Shown piece by piece: positions 63,254-64,000 of a stretch of 64,000 bases of DNA. This DNA is from Podarcis vaucheri. Its lineage: Eukaryota. The notes beneath the pieces were generated by a model. It was given only the letters and a program-made list of their open reading frames with translations. It searched no databases and was not told the origin of the DNA. Every line of letters begins with the position of its first letter. The stretch's first letter is position 1. The DNA lies in NCBI GenBank assembly GCA_965113315.1, contig OZ220367.1. One strand, given 5' to 3'. The position numbers were made by a program, and so were the translations under genes.

Positions 63254-64000
63254 TATATGATTCATTCAAGTACAGCAGTGAAACTCCTCTCCACTCCCCC
63301 AAGACCCATTTTGCTGAAGAATGGTATACAAATTCACAAAATGAGTGGAACCTGTAACAGAATGTAGCAGCATGGCTTGCTGATGTTCAGTGTTCTAGCC
63401 ACTCTATTTCATTTCCCTTCACCTGCTCCAATTTTGGCTGTTACTTGTGTATCTTTCTTTTGATACCCCCTTCCCAAAATAAGTGAAATTATTTCCAGAG
63501 AGTTGCCTAGCATTGTTTGCTTTTAGCAGCAAGTTCCTTCCCACAAGTACCTGGTGAAGAGACAAATGTGGACAGGTCGTAGTATTCTGGAGAGTTGATG
63601 GTTTGTGGTGTTTGGAAAAGTCAACAAAATACAGTTAAGACAGCATTTTTTAAAAACCCACTTTAAGATGCTTTTGTTCTATCTTCCTATTAGCTGTCTC
63701 TTGAATATCCAGAAATGGCAGTAGGTGATCAGAGGTATGCAGGTTGAAGGCAGATTGTATTTATCACATAACTCAATAAATGCCACCATGTTTTGTTTGT
63801 GCATTCACAGCAATGAATGGTCCATGTTTTCTGGCACTTCTGTCATGGTACTTGCCACAAACTTTTCAAGGTTTGTGTTAAAAGACTTTGCTGTGTCTGC
63901 TTAAAGTGCTACAACTGCTAGGGGGACAGAAGGGTTGCAAGGTGGAATCTGACACCATGGAGCGGCAAGAGTGTCACCTCCCTGGAGCAACTGAATTTTG

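Noticed and set aside
39480-64000. PID1 exon 2 (expected to begin HFQTMLK...)
   Set aside because: No matching sequence recognised; it probably lies beyond the window.

Overview
Vertebrate (squamate, most likely lacertid lizard) genomic DNA, AT-rich and repeat-dense. The + strand carries the last five coding exons and 3' UTR of DNER (EGF repeats, transmembrane segment and cytoplasmic tail ending ...LIKTKDL; 9019-~20140). About 19 kb downstream and in the same orientation lie the CpG-island promoter and first coding exon (MWQPASERLQ) of PID1, whose first intron fills the rest of the window. The DNER-PID1 order matches amniote synteny. The non-coding DNA is a mosaic of Sauria/Squam1, Squam2 and Squam3 SINEs; BovB, RTE, L2, CR1 and L1 LINE fragments; hAT and Tc1/mariner MITEs; and a solo LTR. 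Main observations: (1) two copies of a ~130-143 bp Penelope-type mini-element carrying a minimal hammerhead ribozyme; (2) an inverted MITE pair bracketing the DNER transmembrane exon, whose skipping would give an NMD-resistant soluble isoform; (3) a 45-bp duplication of a DNER splice donor around an LTR-like insert; (4) a GC-AG intron; (5) a MITE built from a modular hairpin array; (6) a dense D-box cluster in PID1 intron 1. Most ORF-track entries are spurious or TE-derived. Gene and repeat-family names come from recognition of the sequence, not from a database search.
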